A stretch of 64,000 bases of DNA, from the NCBI GenBank assembly GCA_965209155.1, contig OZ242383.1, positions 1,408,001 to 1,472,000 on the forward strand. Reading direction: 5' to 3'. This DNA is from a bacterium. GTDB taxonomy: Bacteria; SAR324; NAC60-12. The position numbers were made by a program, and so were the translations under genes. Numbering within the stretch: the stretch's first letter is position 1; each line of letters begins with the position of its first letter. This document shows positions 29,370 to 40,078 of the stretch, piece by piece. The notes beneath the pieces are model-generated. The model was not told the DNA's origin. It did not search any database and saw only the letters and a list, made by a program, of their open reading frames with translations.

Positions 29370-32300
29370 TTAAGTTCCTGGGGTGATCCGAATTCCGTAC
29401 TTTTTCAATTTGTTGAAGAGGGTGGCCCGAGAGATCCCCAGGGCGGCAGCGGTTTTTACCTTGTGGCCCTGGGAATTTTTCAGGGCATTGAGAATCGTCG
29501 CTTTTTCATAATCCGCGACGGCTTGATCCAGCGCCATTTTCCTGGGATTGATGCTATCTCCGAAATTTGAAGTTTCGCTGATTTTGGAATTTATCCGTTC
29601 TCCCAAAAAATCAATCTCTCCCAGGGTGACATAGCGATTCAGGGTGTTTTGCAGCTCCCGGACATTGCCCGGCCAATCGTAGCCCTGCAGGGCTTGCAGA
29701 AATCCTGGTGTGATGGGCTTTCCTTTTTGAAGCGGTGCCGTGGATTTCAAAAAATGCTCGACCAGCAGGGGGATATCCTCTTTTCTTTCCCGGAGCGGGG
29801 GCAGGCGAATGGGAAGGACATGGATCCGGTAATAGAAATCTTCTCGAATTTGCCCAGTCTTTACCCGATAACTCAGGTCCTGGTTTGAAGCCGCAATGAA
29901 GCGGATATTGGGCTTGATGACCTCGGTGGTGCCAAGCGGGGTAAAGCCGTTACCCTCCAGGACACGAAGCAGTTTAACTTGCAGGTTCAGCCCGATTTCG
30001 GCCAGTTCATCCAGGAACAAAGTGCCTTTGTCGGTCAGGTGCAAAAAACCTTGCTTATCATTGTCAGCCCCGGTGAAAGCGCCTTTTTTGTGTCCGAAGA
30101 ACTCGCTCTCGATCAGGTTTTCGGGGATGGCCCCGATGTTCACCGGAAAAAAAACCTGCTCCTTGCGGTCACTGGCCTCGTGAATAGCCTGAGAGACCAG
30201 TTCTTTCCCGGTTCCCGATTCGCCATAGAGGATTACGTTCATATCGGTGGCCGCCGCTTGTAAAATCAACTCGTATACCCGTTGCATGGGCTCGCTTTTT
30301 CCGATAATGTCACCAAACCGAAAGCGGTCTTTGATGTTAGCCTTCAGACGGACATTCTCCTCACGCAGAGAGGTTTCGCTCGCTTTCAGCTCGTCCAGCG
30401 CCTTTTTGAGGTTTTCGTGAAGTCTGGCATTTTCCAGGGAAATGGCGATCTGGGAGGTGAGGTGTTTGATCACCTCGAGTCGCCGGGAGGTGAAGGCTCC
30501 CTCAACCAGGTTATTTTCCAGGTAAATGATTCCGCTCAAGGCGGACTGATGAATGATCGGTGCGCACAGGATGGATTTAGGACGCTCCCTCCGGATATAG
30601 TCATCCTTGGCAAACCGTTCTTCCCGGGAGGCGTTGTCCAAAACCAGGTGTTCCCGGGTTTGTTTCACCCAGTAGATGACCGATAGGGAGAGGGAGAAAG
30701 CCTTTTCCACAGGCAGGGAAAGCGGTAGAAAACATTCAACCTGCTCGACGCTCCCGTGGGCAGCAATGAGAGACTGACCTTCGGTTTCCAGTATCAGGGC
30801 TGCTGTCTGGGCCCCGGCATTTTCCATGAGAATGCGGAGCAGGATCTCCAGCAGTGATTCCAACTCGAGGGTACTGGAGATAGCCTCCGAGGCTTTGAGC
30901 ATCGTCGCCAGGTCCAGGTTGGCCGATGGGGACGCCACTGCTTCGGTACGATCATCGGAAATCAGCCCGGGATATCGAGACTTCAGGTGCGCGACCTTCC
31001 GTTTTGCTCCCCAGACTTCGTATTTCTCCAATGCTGAGCGCAGGTAAGTGCCGGCGGCGTCGTTCTGCCCCTGCTTGAGCAAGTACCTGGCTGCCAGTTC
31101 ATTGGCCAGGGCTTCCTCGTGGATAAACTCGCTCTCCCTGGCCAAAGCGATGGCCTGGTCATAATGGGACAGGATCGCATCGCTTTCACCCTCCAGAACC
31201 CTCATCCGCTCGGCTTCCACCTGGTGGTATTTATGCAAATAATTAGACGGTGCGCAGCGAACCAGTTTCTCCAACGTATCCTGATTGTCATCGACCTGGG
31301 TGAGGATCTCTTCCCTTTCCGCCTCAGACCCCTGGTCGTAAACCGCCAGGAGAGCGAGGGACAGGTAGCAGTTGGCCAGGGGATCAAAAAGGGAATCCTT
31401 GTAGGTTTTCATCAGGTTGATCATTTCAAAAACCGTCTCCCGGGCTGCTTCGTATTCTTCGAACAGGTATTGCAGCACCAGCTTTTGGTAATTAAAACTG
31501 CTCTGTTCACGATAGACATACCCTGCACCCGTCACCCTGTGGTATTGATCCATGATGCCGCTTGACAGGCTCACAGGTTCCTCCATCAGAATCATGACTG
31601 CCTTCGCCAGCATTTCGACCTGGGGAGACCCGAGAATATAATCGATCTTCTCGAGAGCAAGCTTCAACTTCGACAATTCCCCTTTCAGCCAATTCAGCTC
31701 TTTCCCGCACATAAAGGCAATCTGACACCTTATGACGGCGCTACGACCGGCATAGAAGAAATCTCCCGTTTCGATTCCCATCTTATGAGCTTCCAGCAAG
31801 GGCTCCAATGACGCCGATAGCGGCTCCCGGTAGGACCGGATCCCACCATTGAAACCCCCGGAAACTTTACAGTTTATTTCCTTCAGATCAAGCGCTTCCA
31901 TGAGCTGTATGCCCAGACGACCGAGTTCATAAGCAAATTCAAAATCCTGCGTAAACACGCAATATATAAATCCAAGGAGACAATAGAATTCGGGTGATTG
32001 TTTCGGATGAAAATGACTGAGCAGAAAAGAGATACGTTTTGAAGCGATGGGCTGCCAAAGACCGTCATCCAAAGTAACCCCAGCCTCGCTATATGGCAAA
32101 TGGAGCTCATATAGAATATGGACTAGGACCTTGGAAAGCGGTTGGGTGAGCGGCTCAAACTGCATCACTTCTTCAGCGCTTTTACCGGCCAGGCTGGATT
32201 TGGTTTGAACGAGGGTCTGCTGCCACTGGCCGGGAGACAGACGGCTCAGTTGACACCCCAATTTCTCCAGAATTTCCTCGCCCGTTTTCAGGGCCTTCTT

Positions 32301-35279
32301 TAATTCACCCTGGTTGGTGTACGCCTTGATCAGGCATTGATAAACATTGGCCAGGTCCGGGTCCTCTCGGGCGTTGTCTTTTACGGCACCCGCCAGCTTC
32401 TCCATCAGGTCAAACTGGCCACAGAGCCATGACATCTCCGTGGCTTCCTCATGCAGGGATAAGGCCAGGGGGTATTGTCGTTTCCAGGCGGTGGCTCCTG
32501 AAAGCTCCAGACCTATGGTAAAGTATTCCAGGGCCTGTTCAAAAGCCGAAGCCGCCCTGGCCTGACGACCGGCTTCCAGGTTGAGTTCTGCCAGCTGCGA
32601 TCGTTCTTTCCATTTATCATTCACCCTCCGGGCCAGGTTGAAATGATGGACGATGTCAAAAAGCAGAGCTTCACCTTTCTCCGGAGCGTATTGCTTGAGC
32701 AGGGTCTGACCGATTTGAAGATGGACCGTCTGTTTCTCCTTTTGGGCAATGAGGGCATAGGCAGCCTGCTGCACCCGGTCATGCAGGAATTTGTAACTGC
32801 CGCTCTCCACGCTCGCTCCGGCGGTCGGATTATCCAGATCCGGGGCCCGGGAAAAACCGAGAATCAACCCGGTTTCCAGGGCCGGTAACAGGTTCTCATT
32901 GATCTCCCCGCTTCCTTCTCCGCTGATCAGCTCCAACGATTCCAGGTCAAAAGTATTGCCGATGCAGGCCGCCAGGCTTAAAAGTCGCCTGGTTTCAGAG
33001 GAAAACCGGTGGAACCGGTCAACCAGCAACTCCACCACATTATCGGTCACCGCCAGGAACTCGATGGCAGCCAGGTCCCAAATCCATCGTTTTTCCTCAG
33101 GTGAGTAGTGGATCAGGTCCTTCTCGGAGAGTACGGTCAAGAATTGGCTCACAAAGAAGGGATTGCCGCCGGTTTTGCGCACCAGGAGCTCGGCCAGCGG
33201 TTTGGCCTCTTCGGGACGGCAGTGGCAGGTATGGACGAGCAGTTGTGAGATGTTCTCTGGGTTCAGGGGCTTTAAGGGGATCCTTTGCAGCGGCTGGCCC
33301 GTTTTTTTGATCACCTCACAACTGTTCATCAACCGATGATCGACATCCACCTCGTTGTCGCGATAGGCCCCCAGGAAAAGCAGAGGTTTCCTCTCCGGAT
33401 CCTGAGCGATCCGTTCCACCAGCTTGAGGGTATCAGCGTCCACCCACTGCAAGTCGTCCAGAAAAATAACCAGCGGATGGGTTTTTTCACAGAAAACAGA
33501 GATGAAATCCAGTAAAACGGCAGTGAAACGGTTGCGGGCCTCCAGCGCTCCCATTTCCGGCAGCGGGGGTTGCGGGCCGATCACCTGTTCCAGTTCCGGG
33601 ATCACCCGGGTCATCAATTGTCCGTTGGGCCCCAGGGCCGCCCGTATCCTGTTTTTCCAACGCTCCATTCCGGATTTGCTTTCGGCCGGTACCCGGATTA
33701 GTCCCCTCAATGCCTGGATCAGGGCGCTGTAGGGGATATTGTGCCGGAGCTGGTCAAACTTGCCGGAGAGGAAGAAACCGTTTTTTTGGGCAACGGACTG
33801 GTGAATTTCACCGACCAGGGCGGTTTTGCCGACACCGGCGCTTCCCGAGACCAACACCATCTCGGTCGCTCCCTGGCTGACTCGCTCCAGGGCGGCCTCC
33901 AGGGCGGTGATTTCATCCTCCCGGCCGTAAAGCCCCGGGGCGATCTGCAATTCTTTGGGAATGTCCTGGCGACCCAGGGGAAAGTCGATCAGGCTCTCCT
34001 GGTTTTCGAGTTGCTCCACACATGCCAGGAGATCGGATGCCAGACCCGAGTGACTCTGGTAGCGCGCCTCGGCACGCTTGGCCAGCAGTTTCATCACCAT
34101 ATTAGAAAGGACTCTGGGTACTTGCGGTTCAATCTCGTCAGGGGACAGGGGCTGCCGGGCAATGTGAGCGTGGATGATTTCCATGGCCTCCCGGGAGTGG
34201 AATGGTACCCTTCCGCTAAAAAGTTCATAGAGGGTGACGCCCAGGGAATAAAAATCACTGCGATAATCGAGCACCCGGTTCATCCGGCCGGTCTGCTCGG
34301 GGGAGAGATAGGGCAAGTTTTCCCCGGTGAGCTGGGGACTCAATGTCGTCAAATTTTCCTCAGGCAACCGGGTGGCCAGGCCGAATCCGGTCAGTTTGAC
34401 CGTCCCCGATGCCGGATCAACAAAAATATTGAACGGGTTGATCATTTTATGCAGGATGCCCTGCCGGTGCACTTCTTCCAGGATGCCGACCAGTGAAACC
34501 GATATCTTCAGCGAGTCCAGCAGGTCGAGCCGGACTAAGTCTATCAGCTTTCTTAAAGGAAGCCATTCGGTGTTTTCCAGGATCAAGACCGATCCGTTTT
34601 CATATTGCACCACTTCCTCTGCCCTGAGGACCCCATCGATCTTGAGAGCCTGAGTGATCTCATGCTCGTGCCGTATTTCCGCCAGCTCCTGAGCGCTCTG
34701 CTCGGAAACCGATCCCTTGATCAGAACCCAAAGCCCGTCGCTTTGCCGCTTGCCGCGCCAAAGCCAGGTCCGGCTGCTTTCAAAAATGACCTCCTCCAGC
34801 GAATATCCCGGAATCTCCGGTTTTTCCAGACTGAAAACGGACTTCGTTTTGTTCACAACCGGTTTTGGAGGTCCAGGAGCCGCTTTATTCGCTTTGGCCG
34901 CAGATTTCCGCAGATTTCCGCGGATATGAGAAGCTTTGGGTTTAACAACCTGCTGCTTGCGGCGTTGAGAACGGTTTTGAATCTTACCATCCGTTTGATC
35001 TCCTTTATTCTTCTTCGCATCCGCCGGATCATGACCAAGAACCACCTCATGCAGCAGCTTCCTGGCAATGTTGCGGGCTTCTTTGGTGGTCAAAACCCCA
35101 TGGGTGCCAATTGTATAGCGTCTCTGTCGTCCCTTGATGCGGTATTGCAGGAGATACACCCGTCTGCCTTTTGGGGTTACTTTACAGCCGAACATCGGCA
35201 ACTCCGTGTCCCACAAAAAGTGGTCTTTTCTCTCGCATGAAAGATTTTCGACGGATTGCTTGCTGATTTTGCCTTTCAT
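29370..35279 (-). CDS. 1969-aa integrase-arm domain / pseudokinase / AAA ATPase / TPR-like / GAF / sigma54 activator / Fis-HTH protein
   Basis: LWDTELPMFGCKVTPKGRRVYLLQYR..RRYTIG; YLSPEQTGRMNR; GSAGVGKT; LDDLQW; IYLENN; GESGTGKE; GAFTGA; WPGNVREL; LGISRATL. Confidence 0.92.
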   Translation of the reverse strand: MKGKISKQSVENLSCERKDHFLWDTELPMFGCKVTPKGRRVYLLQYRIKGRQRRYTIGTHGVLTTKEARNIARKLLHEVVLGHDPADAKKNKGDQTDGKIQNRSQRRKQQVVKPKASHIRGNLRKSAAKANKAAPGPPKPVVNKTKSVFSLEKPEIPGYSLEEVIFESSRTWLWRGKRQSDGLWVLIKGSVSEQSAQELAEIRHEHEITQALKIDGVLRAEEVVQYENGSVLILENTEWLPLRKLIDLVRLDLLDSLKISVSLVGILEEVHRQGILHKMINPFNIFVDPASGTVKLTGFGLATRLPEENLTTLSPQLTGENLPYLSPEQTGRMNRVLDYRSDFYSLGVTLYELFSGRVPFHSREAMEIIHAHIARQPLSPDEIEPQVPRVLSNMVMKLLAKRAEARYQSHSGLASDLLACVEQLENQESLIDFPLGRQDIPKELQIAPGLYGREDEITALEAALERVSQGATEMVLVSGSAGVGKTALVGEIHQSVAQKNGFFLSGKFDQLRHNIPYSALIQALRGLIRVPAESKSGMERWKNRIRAALGPNGQLMTRVIPELEQVIGPQPPLPEMGALEARNRFTAVLLDFISVFCEKTHPLVIFLDDLQWVDADTLKLVERIAQDPERKPLLFLGAYRDNEVDVDHRLMNSCEVIKKTGQPLQRIPLKPLNPENISQLLVHTCHCRPEEAKPLAELLVRKTGGNPFFVSQFLTVLSEKDLIHYSPEEKRWIWDLAAIEFLAVTDNVVELLVDRFHRFSSETRRLLSLAACIGNTFDLESLELISGEGSGEINENLLPALETGLILGFSRAPDLDNPTAGASVESGSYKFLHDRVQQAAYALIAQKEKQTVHLQIGQTLLKQYAPEKGEALLFDIVHHFNLARRVNDKWKERSQLAELNLEAGRQARAASAFEQALEYFTIGLELSGATAWKRQYPLALSLHEEATEMSWLCGQFDLMEKLAGAVKDNAREDPDLANVYQCLIKAYTNQGELKKALKTGEEILEKLGCQLSRLSPGQWQQTLVQTKSSLAGKSAEEVMQFEPLTQPLSKVLVHILYELHLPYSEAGVTLDDGLWQPIASKRISFLLSHFHPKQSPEFYCLLGFIYCVFTQDFEFAYELGRLGIQLMEALDLKEINCKVSGGFNGGIRSYREPLSASLEPLLEAHKMGIETGDFFYAGRSAVIRCQIAFMCGKELNWLKGELSKLKLALEKIDYILGSPQVEMLAKAVMILMEEPVSLSSGIMDQYHRVTGAGYVYREQSSFNYQKLVLQYLFEEYEAARETVFEMINLMKTYKDSLFDPLANCYLSLALLAVYDQGSEAEREEILTQVDDNQDTLEKLVRCAPSNYLHKYHQVEAERMRVLEGESDAILSHYDQAIALARESEFIHEEALANELAARYLLKQGQNDAAGTYLRSALEKYEVWGAKRKVAHLKSRYPGLISDDRTEAVASPSANLDLATMLKASEAISSTLELESLLEILLRILMENAGAQTAALILETEGQSLIAAHGSVEQVECFLPLSLPVEKAFSLSLSVIYWVKQTREHLVLDNASREERFAKDDYIRRERPKSILCAPIIHQSALSGIIYLENNLVEGAFTSRRLEVIKHLTSQIAISLENARLHENLKKALDELKASETSLREENVRLKANIKDRFRFGDIIGKSEPMQRVYELILQAAATDMNVILYGESGTGKELVSQAIHEASDRKEQVFFPVNIGAIPENLIESEFFGHKKGAFTGADNDKQGFLHLTDKGTLFLDELAEIGLNLQVKLLRVLEGNGFTPLGTTEVIKPNIRFIAASNQDLSYRVKTGQIREDFYYRIHVLPIRLPPLRERKEDIPLLVEHFLKSTAPLQKGKPITPGFLQALQGYDWPGNVRELQNTLNRYVTLGEIDFLGERINSKISETSNFGDSINPRKMALDQAVADYEKATILNALKNSQGHKVKTAAALGISRATLFNKLKKYGIRITPGT

Positions 35280-35343
35280 CGTCCTCCTGCTATTTTGGAT
35301 ATCAAATAAAAATCAATGATTCTGCTTGACGCATCGAGCAACG

Positions 35344-35478
35344 TCACTGCCGCGGAAAATAGAAAGTAAACAAATAGCAAACATTCGTCAACAGAATTAT
35401 TTATCAAAGAGAGTCATGCCACATCACTGCTGCGGAAAATAGAAAGTAAACAAATAGCAAACATTCGTCAACAGAATT
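35344..35478 (+). repeat. 55-bp direct repeat x2 (80-bp period) containing ag(t/c)aaaca pairs
   Basis: tcactgc(c/t)gcggaaaatagaaagtaaacaaatagcaaacattcgtcaacagaatt at 35344 and 35424. Confidence 0.95.
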
Positions 35479-35648
35479 GTTTGTCTGGTGGATGGTCGAA
35501 TCCCGGAGAGATAAGATGATGAGTAACTTACCGATAAAGGCAGTATCTTCGTGGTCACTTGCTCTAAATCCTCCTCCATGCTAATTTGCACAAGGTCATT
35601 TTTGAACATCCTTTCTATCACTATCCTATAAAATTATGGTTTACTTCA

Positions 35649-36528
35649 ATGCGTTTACCCATCAATATTTCCGATCTATTGCAACGCAAGGTTGTTGAAT
35701 CCGAGCGGATTGAATTCAAAGCAAGTTGGAACCCTGCTCCCATCATGCGTACCATTTGTGCGTTTGCCAACGATTTTCAAAATCTTGGTGGGGGTTACGT
35801 TATCGTAGGTATTGAGGAAGCCAACGCACAGCCGGTTATGCCCCCGAAAGGTGTTCCTACCGGTCAACTTGACACCATTCAAAAAGAACTATTGCAGTTT
35901 TCCCATTTGCTTCAACCGCATTATTTCCCAATTCTCAGTATCGAAACCTATCAAGAACAAACAGTTTTGGTAATCTGGGTGCCTGGTGGATTGGATCGCC
36001 CTTATAAGGTGCCTAAAGATGTTTGTGGTCCACACAAAGAATATCGCTACTATATCCGACGCTATTCCAGCACGGTAATCGCAAAGGATAGAGAAATTCA
36101 GGAATTAGTAGAATCAACAAGGGTCCCTTTTGATGACCGTATTAATCACAGAGCTTCTGTAGAAGATTTAAGTTTGTCCTTGATCAAATCGTTTCTCAAA
36201 GAGGTAAATAGTGCTCTCGTTGAAGAAGTCGATCAATTGTCTTTTACCGAATTTTGTCGACAAATGGCTCTTGTGGAAGGGAGTAGTGAGTTTTTGAAGC
36301 CCCGCAACGTTGGACTCTTATTTTTTAATGATAAACCCGATCAGTTTTTTCCTCAGACTCAAATCGATATTGTTCAGTTTCCTGATGGTTTGGGGGGTGA
36401 TGTCTTCAAGGAAAAAATTTTCAAGGGTCCTTTACACAAGATGCTCAGAGAAGCTTTGGAATACTTAAACGCTATTCTGATTGAAGAAATTATCGTCAAA
36501 CACCCTGACCGTGCCGAAGCTGATCGAT
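35649..36528 (+). pseudogene. AlbA_2/Schlafen-domain ATP-binding regulator, 5' part, interrupted by IS21
   Basis: ESERIEFKA, ICAFAN..GGYVIVGI; frame restored (ADRFYNYP) when the IS is removed. Confidence 0.9.
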
Positions 36529-36876
36529 TGTTAACGCCACTGTAAAACTTAACCAAGTGTGGCGACTTGAATGATAGCCAATAGTTAGCGGATGTTTTTT
36601 TACTACTTTTTACTTTGTCTCGTTTTTTCTTCTATTCATTTACTTTCCAATCAATAAATTTTGTTTTCCTCTCCATTTTCTTTCTCATGCTTGTTCTTCC
36701 TTCCTCTGAGAGCTGAATCAACATGGAGCGAGCAATGGTGTAAGAAGTTGTTTTACCTGTTCATTTTTCTTCTTCATTTGAGTGGGAGGCAGTGATTTCT
36801 TTGATACTTTGAGTCATGTTCCTGTAAGACAAGTTTTTCTTGAAGGAAGCCCCTCAAAGCATCAACAGGAGATCCT

Positions 36877-37407
36877 ATGCAAACAGGTAGATGCATCAAC
36901 TGCCACCAATTTTTCCTCCGCCGCCCTCAAAACAAGGAGCAAAGTTACTGCAGCCTGAAGAGGTGTCAGCGTGCGCGCAAGACGAATTGGGAGCGTAAAA
37001 AGTTAGCCAGCGATCCAGACTATCAACAGAACCGAAAAGCTAGTCAGAAGGCTTGGCAAGAAAGCCACCGCGATTATTGGAAAGTCTATCGAGAAAAACA
37101 TCCAGTTCAGGCTGAGCGCAATCGAAAACTTCAGTTGATCCGCAATGCCAAACAGCGGGGGTATATTGTGGAAAAACTCTCGATGAATACCATTCCTTCC
37201 ATCTCTCCGCTCAGATCAAAGCCCTTCTCGCTCTCATCAGTGCCGATTGCAAAGACGGACGCGTCCATCCCTTATCAATTCTGCCTTATCGCCTCCTCCG
37301 ATGAGGATTTGATTGCAAAGATGGACGCGTCAAATTCCTCCCCTGCCCAGATTTTTAAGGCTTTTGTTGAGCTTCCTTTGATTGCAAAGATGGACGCGTT
37401 AACCTAA
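36877..37407 (+). CDS. IS21 accessory ORF1: Cys4 Zn-binding basic protein with IAK(M/T)DA repeats
   Basis: CINC...YCSLKRC; RBS aggaga. Confidence 0.75.
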   Translation: MQTGRCINCHQFFLRRPQNKEQSYCSLKRCQRARKTNWERKKLASDPDYQQNRKASQKAWQESHRDYWKVYREKHPVQAERNRKLQLIRNAKQRGYIVEKLSMNTIPSISPLRSKPFSLSSVPIAKTDASIPYQFCLIASSDEDLIAKMDASNSSPAQIFKAFVELPLIAKMDALT

Positions 37408-37454
37408 AAGAACCTTGAGATATCAACAACTTATCCGTGATTGCAAAGAAGGAC
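37245..37454 (+). repeat. Four direct repeats GATTGCAAAGA(T/C/A)GGAC(GCGT) with an IHF consensus site
   Basis: Starts at 37245, 37311, 37380, 37439; TATCAACAACTTA at 37421-37433. Confidence 0.92.
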
Positions 37455-37531
37455 TTTATTGCCACCACCCTTCAGCTGAGTTAAAAAAGATGAAAACCTT
37501 GTTAACCATCCATCCAAAAGAAGGAGCTGTG

Positions 37532-37885
37532 ATGAGAAAGCAGTTGATTATGAAAAGCAGACGACGGGTGATCGAGGGAAGTTTTAGCTTCATTCCTCAC
37601 CGATTTTTGAGGGAGGGCTTTTTTGAATGCCTGCGATCTGAGGAATTGATCTTATATTTTTTTTATGTGATGGCCGCGGATGCTCAAGGACTTTCCTACT
37701 ACAGTCCCAAGACCATCACTCAACTGCTGAAAATGAAGAGGGATGTCTATCAACAGGCTTTGAGTGGTTTATTGCAAATGGATCTGATCGCCACAGAAGA
37801 GACCTTAGTGCAGGTCCTTCACTTGCCCCTGTCTCCACTAAGAAGATCCCCCTCACCCTCTGACTGTAAAGGTCCCTGTGATTGA
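37532..37885 (+). CDS. IS21 accessory ORF2: putative winged-HTH protein
   Basis: SFSFIPHRF..LYFFYVMAADAQGLSYYS..ITQLL..AL..LLQMDLI; RBS aaggag. Confidence 0.7.
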   Translation: MRKQLIMKSRRRVIEGSFSFIPHRFLREGFFECLRSEELILYFFYVMAADAQGLSYYSPKTITQLLKMKRDVYQQALSGLLQMDLIATEETLVQVLHLPLSPLRRSPSPSDCKGPCD

Positions 37886-39344
37886 TCAGCATACTCTCTT
37901 TGAAATCCATCGCCTGCATGCAGAAGGACTTTCTCAGCGAAAAATTGCTCTTCGCTTGAACCTTTCCCGTGCGACGGTGAAGCGGCATCTCTGCCATCCT
38001 CAAATTGTGCGAAAAAAAATTAAAAAACCATCTAAACTCAATCCTTTTAAAGCGCATATGGAGCAATGGTTGCAAAGTGATGCCAGCCTCAGCGCAACGG
38101 TGGTTTTGCAGCGTCTGCAAGGGCTTGGATTCGAGGGGAGGTATGGGATTGTGAAAGACTATCTCAGAAAGATTCGCCCCAAACCCGCTGCGATGCCCAT
38201 CAGACGCTTTGAAAGCCAGCCGGGGGAACAGTTCCAAATCGATTGGGGTTTTTTTGGCAAACTCAGCTATGGACAAACCCAGCGAAAGCTTTATGCCCTG
38301 GCTGTCATTGAATGCCATAGCCGAAAACTCTTTGTTTATTTTAGCCATTCGACAGACCAGACGGCTTTCCATCAGGCTTTATTAACCGCCTTCCAGTTCT
38401 ACGGAGGAACTACCAAAGAACTGGTGTTTGATAACATGAAAACCGCCGTCGTTGAACGAGTGGGATCCATCATCCGATTTAACGGAGCCTTTTTAGATTT
38501 TCTCCGCCCCTTTCAGCTCATCCCGAAGGCTTGTTCGCCGAGGCTTCCGCGATCGAAAGGCAAAGTGGAGAGGGTGATCCGCTATATTCGGGATAATTTT
38601 TGGCCTCTTCGTCAGTTCAAAGATCTGGCCGATGTCCAGCAGCAAATGAATCATTGGCTGCAGACAGTGGCCAATGTGCGCCAGCATCAAACCACCTTAG
38701 AAAAACCCGATGAACGCTTTCAACCTCAAACGCTTCGAGCCTTGCCCCCTTGCTTGCCCGATTGTTATCTGACCCGCCGTGTGACTGTCTTAGCCGATGC
38801 CACCGTGACCTTCGATTCAAATTATTATTCCGTACCCGACTGGACATTAGGACACCGGCTCACCCTCAAAGCCGACCAATATGAGGTCTTGCTCTTTATT
38901 AAAGAGCGCCGTGTGGCCCAGCATTTAAGATCTTGGCAACGCAAACAACGGCTGGAAAATCCCAAACATCGAAACCCTCAAAAACGCTCCCCTCTACCGC
39001 ATCCGGACTGTGTTTATTTTCTTTCATTGGCGCCCTGTTGCCAAACCTTTCTGCAGGGCATCAATCAATCGGGGATGGCTTTACAAAAGACGATTCAGCA
39101 ACTGCTCAAACTTTTAGAGCAATACGGCTTAGACTCTTTAGTCATTGCCCTTGAAAAGGCCATCCATCACCACGCTTTTGGCCTCGATTATGTCAAAAAT
39201 ATCCTCTACCAGGAAATGAGGCCCGTCTCCCATCAACCTCCAGTGGTTTTGAAACAAGAAGCCTTAAATCATATCCGCCTCACCCCGCATTCGCTGGCCG
39301 AATATGATGCCCTCGTCCTGCAGAGAAAGAAGGGGGAGAGATGA
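37878..39344 (+). CDS. istA: IS21 transposase IstA
   Basis: N-terminal HTH, FESQPGEQFQIDWG, FDNMKT, KGKVER. Confidence 0.95.
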   Translation: MIDQHTLFEIHRLHAEGLSQRKIALRLNLSRATVKRHLCHPQIVRKKIKKPSKLNPFKAHMEQWLQSDASLSATVVLQRLQGLGFEGRYGIVKDYLRKIRPKPAAMPIRRFESQPGEQFQIDWGFFGKLSYGQTQRKLYALAVIECHSRKLFVYFSHSTDQTAFHQALLTAFQFYGGTTKELVFDNMKTAVVERVGSIIRFNGAFLDFLRPFQLIPKACSPRLPRSKGKVERVIRYIRDNFWPLRQFKDLADVQQQMNHWLQTVANVRQHQTTLEKPDERFQPQTLRALPPCLPDCYLTRRVTVLADATVTFDSNYYSVPDWTLGHRLTLKADQYEVLLFIKERRVAQHLRSWQRKQRLENPKHRNPQKRSPLPHPDCVYFLSLAPCCQTFLQGINQSGMALQKTIQQLLKLLEQYGLDSLVIALEKAIHHHAFGLDYVKNILYQEMRPVSHQPPVVLKQEALNHIRLTPHSLAEYDALVLQRKKGER

Positions 39345-40078
39345 GTGAAAAAATAAAAAAACAATGTCAGAGCCTCCATCTCAGTGGCCTTTGCCAGCAT
39401 TTTGAAGCGATTTTTAAAACTGCCTCGCAAAAAAACTGGACTCATCATCAATTGCTCGAGAGCTTGTTTGATCTCGAACTGGACCATCGTCTCCATAAGC
39501 GCATTCAATTGCGCTTGAAGCAAGCCAAACTGCCCGCCACTCCCACCATCGAGAGCTTTGATTTTGCCCACCACCCCTCTCGAAAAAAGAACAAAGGCAG
39601 AATTTTACAATTGATGCAATTGGACTTTATCAAGAATAGCGAGGATGTTATCCTGATTGGCAATCCAGGGGTGGGCAAGACCCACTTGGCTTTATGCCTG
39701 GCATACGAGGCCACTCAGAACGCCATGCGCACTTTATTTACCACAGCAACCGACATGATTAACCATTTGATTGCTGCCGAATCGGACCATTCCCTGGTCA
39801 AAAAACTCAGCCATTACACCGAACCGGACCTCCTCCTCTGCGATGAGATCGGTTATCTGCCACTGGATCAACAAGGAAGCAGCCTCTTTTTCCAGGTCAT
39901 TAGTCGCAGGCATCAGAGAAAATCAACCTTTCTCACCACAAACCTGCCTTTTGCCCAATGGGGGAATCTCTTTGATTCGACCACTGTGGCCACTGCCATT
40001 GCAGATCGACTGGTAATGAATTCGGAGGTTATCATTTTAGAAGGAGAAAGCTATCGTAGAAATAAAAGAAAAAAATGA
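39341..40078 (+). CDS. istB: IS21 AAA+ helper IstB
   Basis: GNPGVGKT, LLCDEIGY, TTN, GESYR. Confidence 0.95.
   Translation: MSEKIKKQCQSLHLSGLCQHFEAIFKTASQKNWTHHQLLESLFDLELDHRLHKRIQLRLKQAKLPATPTIESFDFAHHPSRKKNKGRILQLMQLDFIKNSEDVILIGNPGVGKTHLALCLAYEATQNAMRTLFTTATDMINHLIAAESDHSLVKKLSHYTEPDLLLCDEIGYLPLDQQGSSLFFQVISRRHQRKSTFLTTNLPFAQWGNLFDSTTVATAIADRLVMNSEVIILEGESYRRNKRKK

Noticed and set aside
37245..37454. CRISPR mini-array reading of the IS21 repeats
   Set aside because: Repeats are only 16-21 bp, spacing is uneven, the first three are in frame within an ORF, and no cas genes are present
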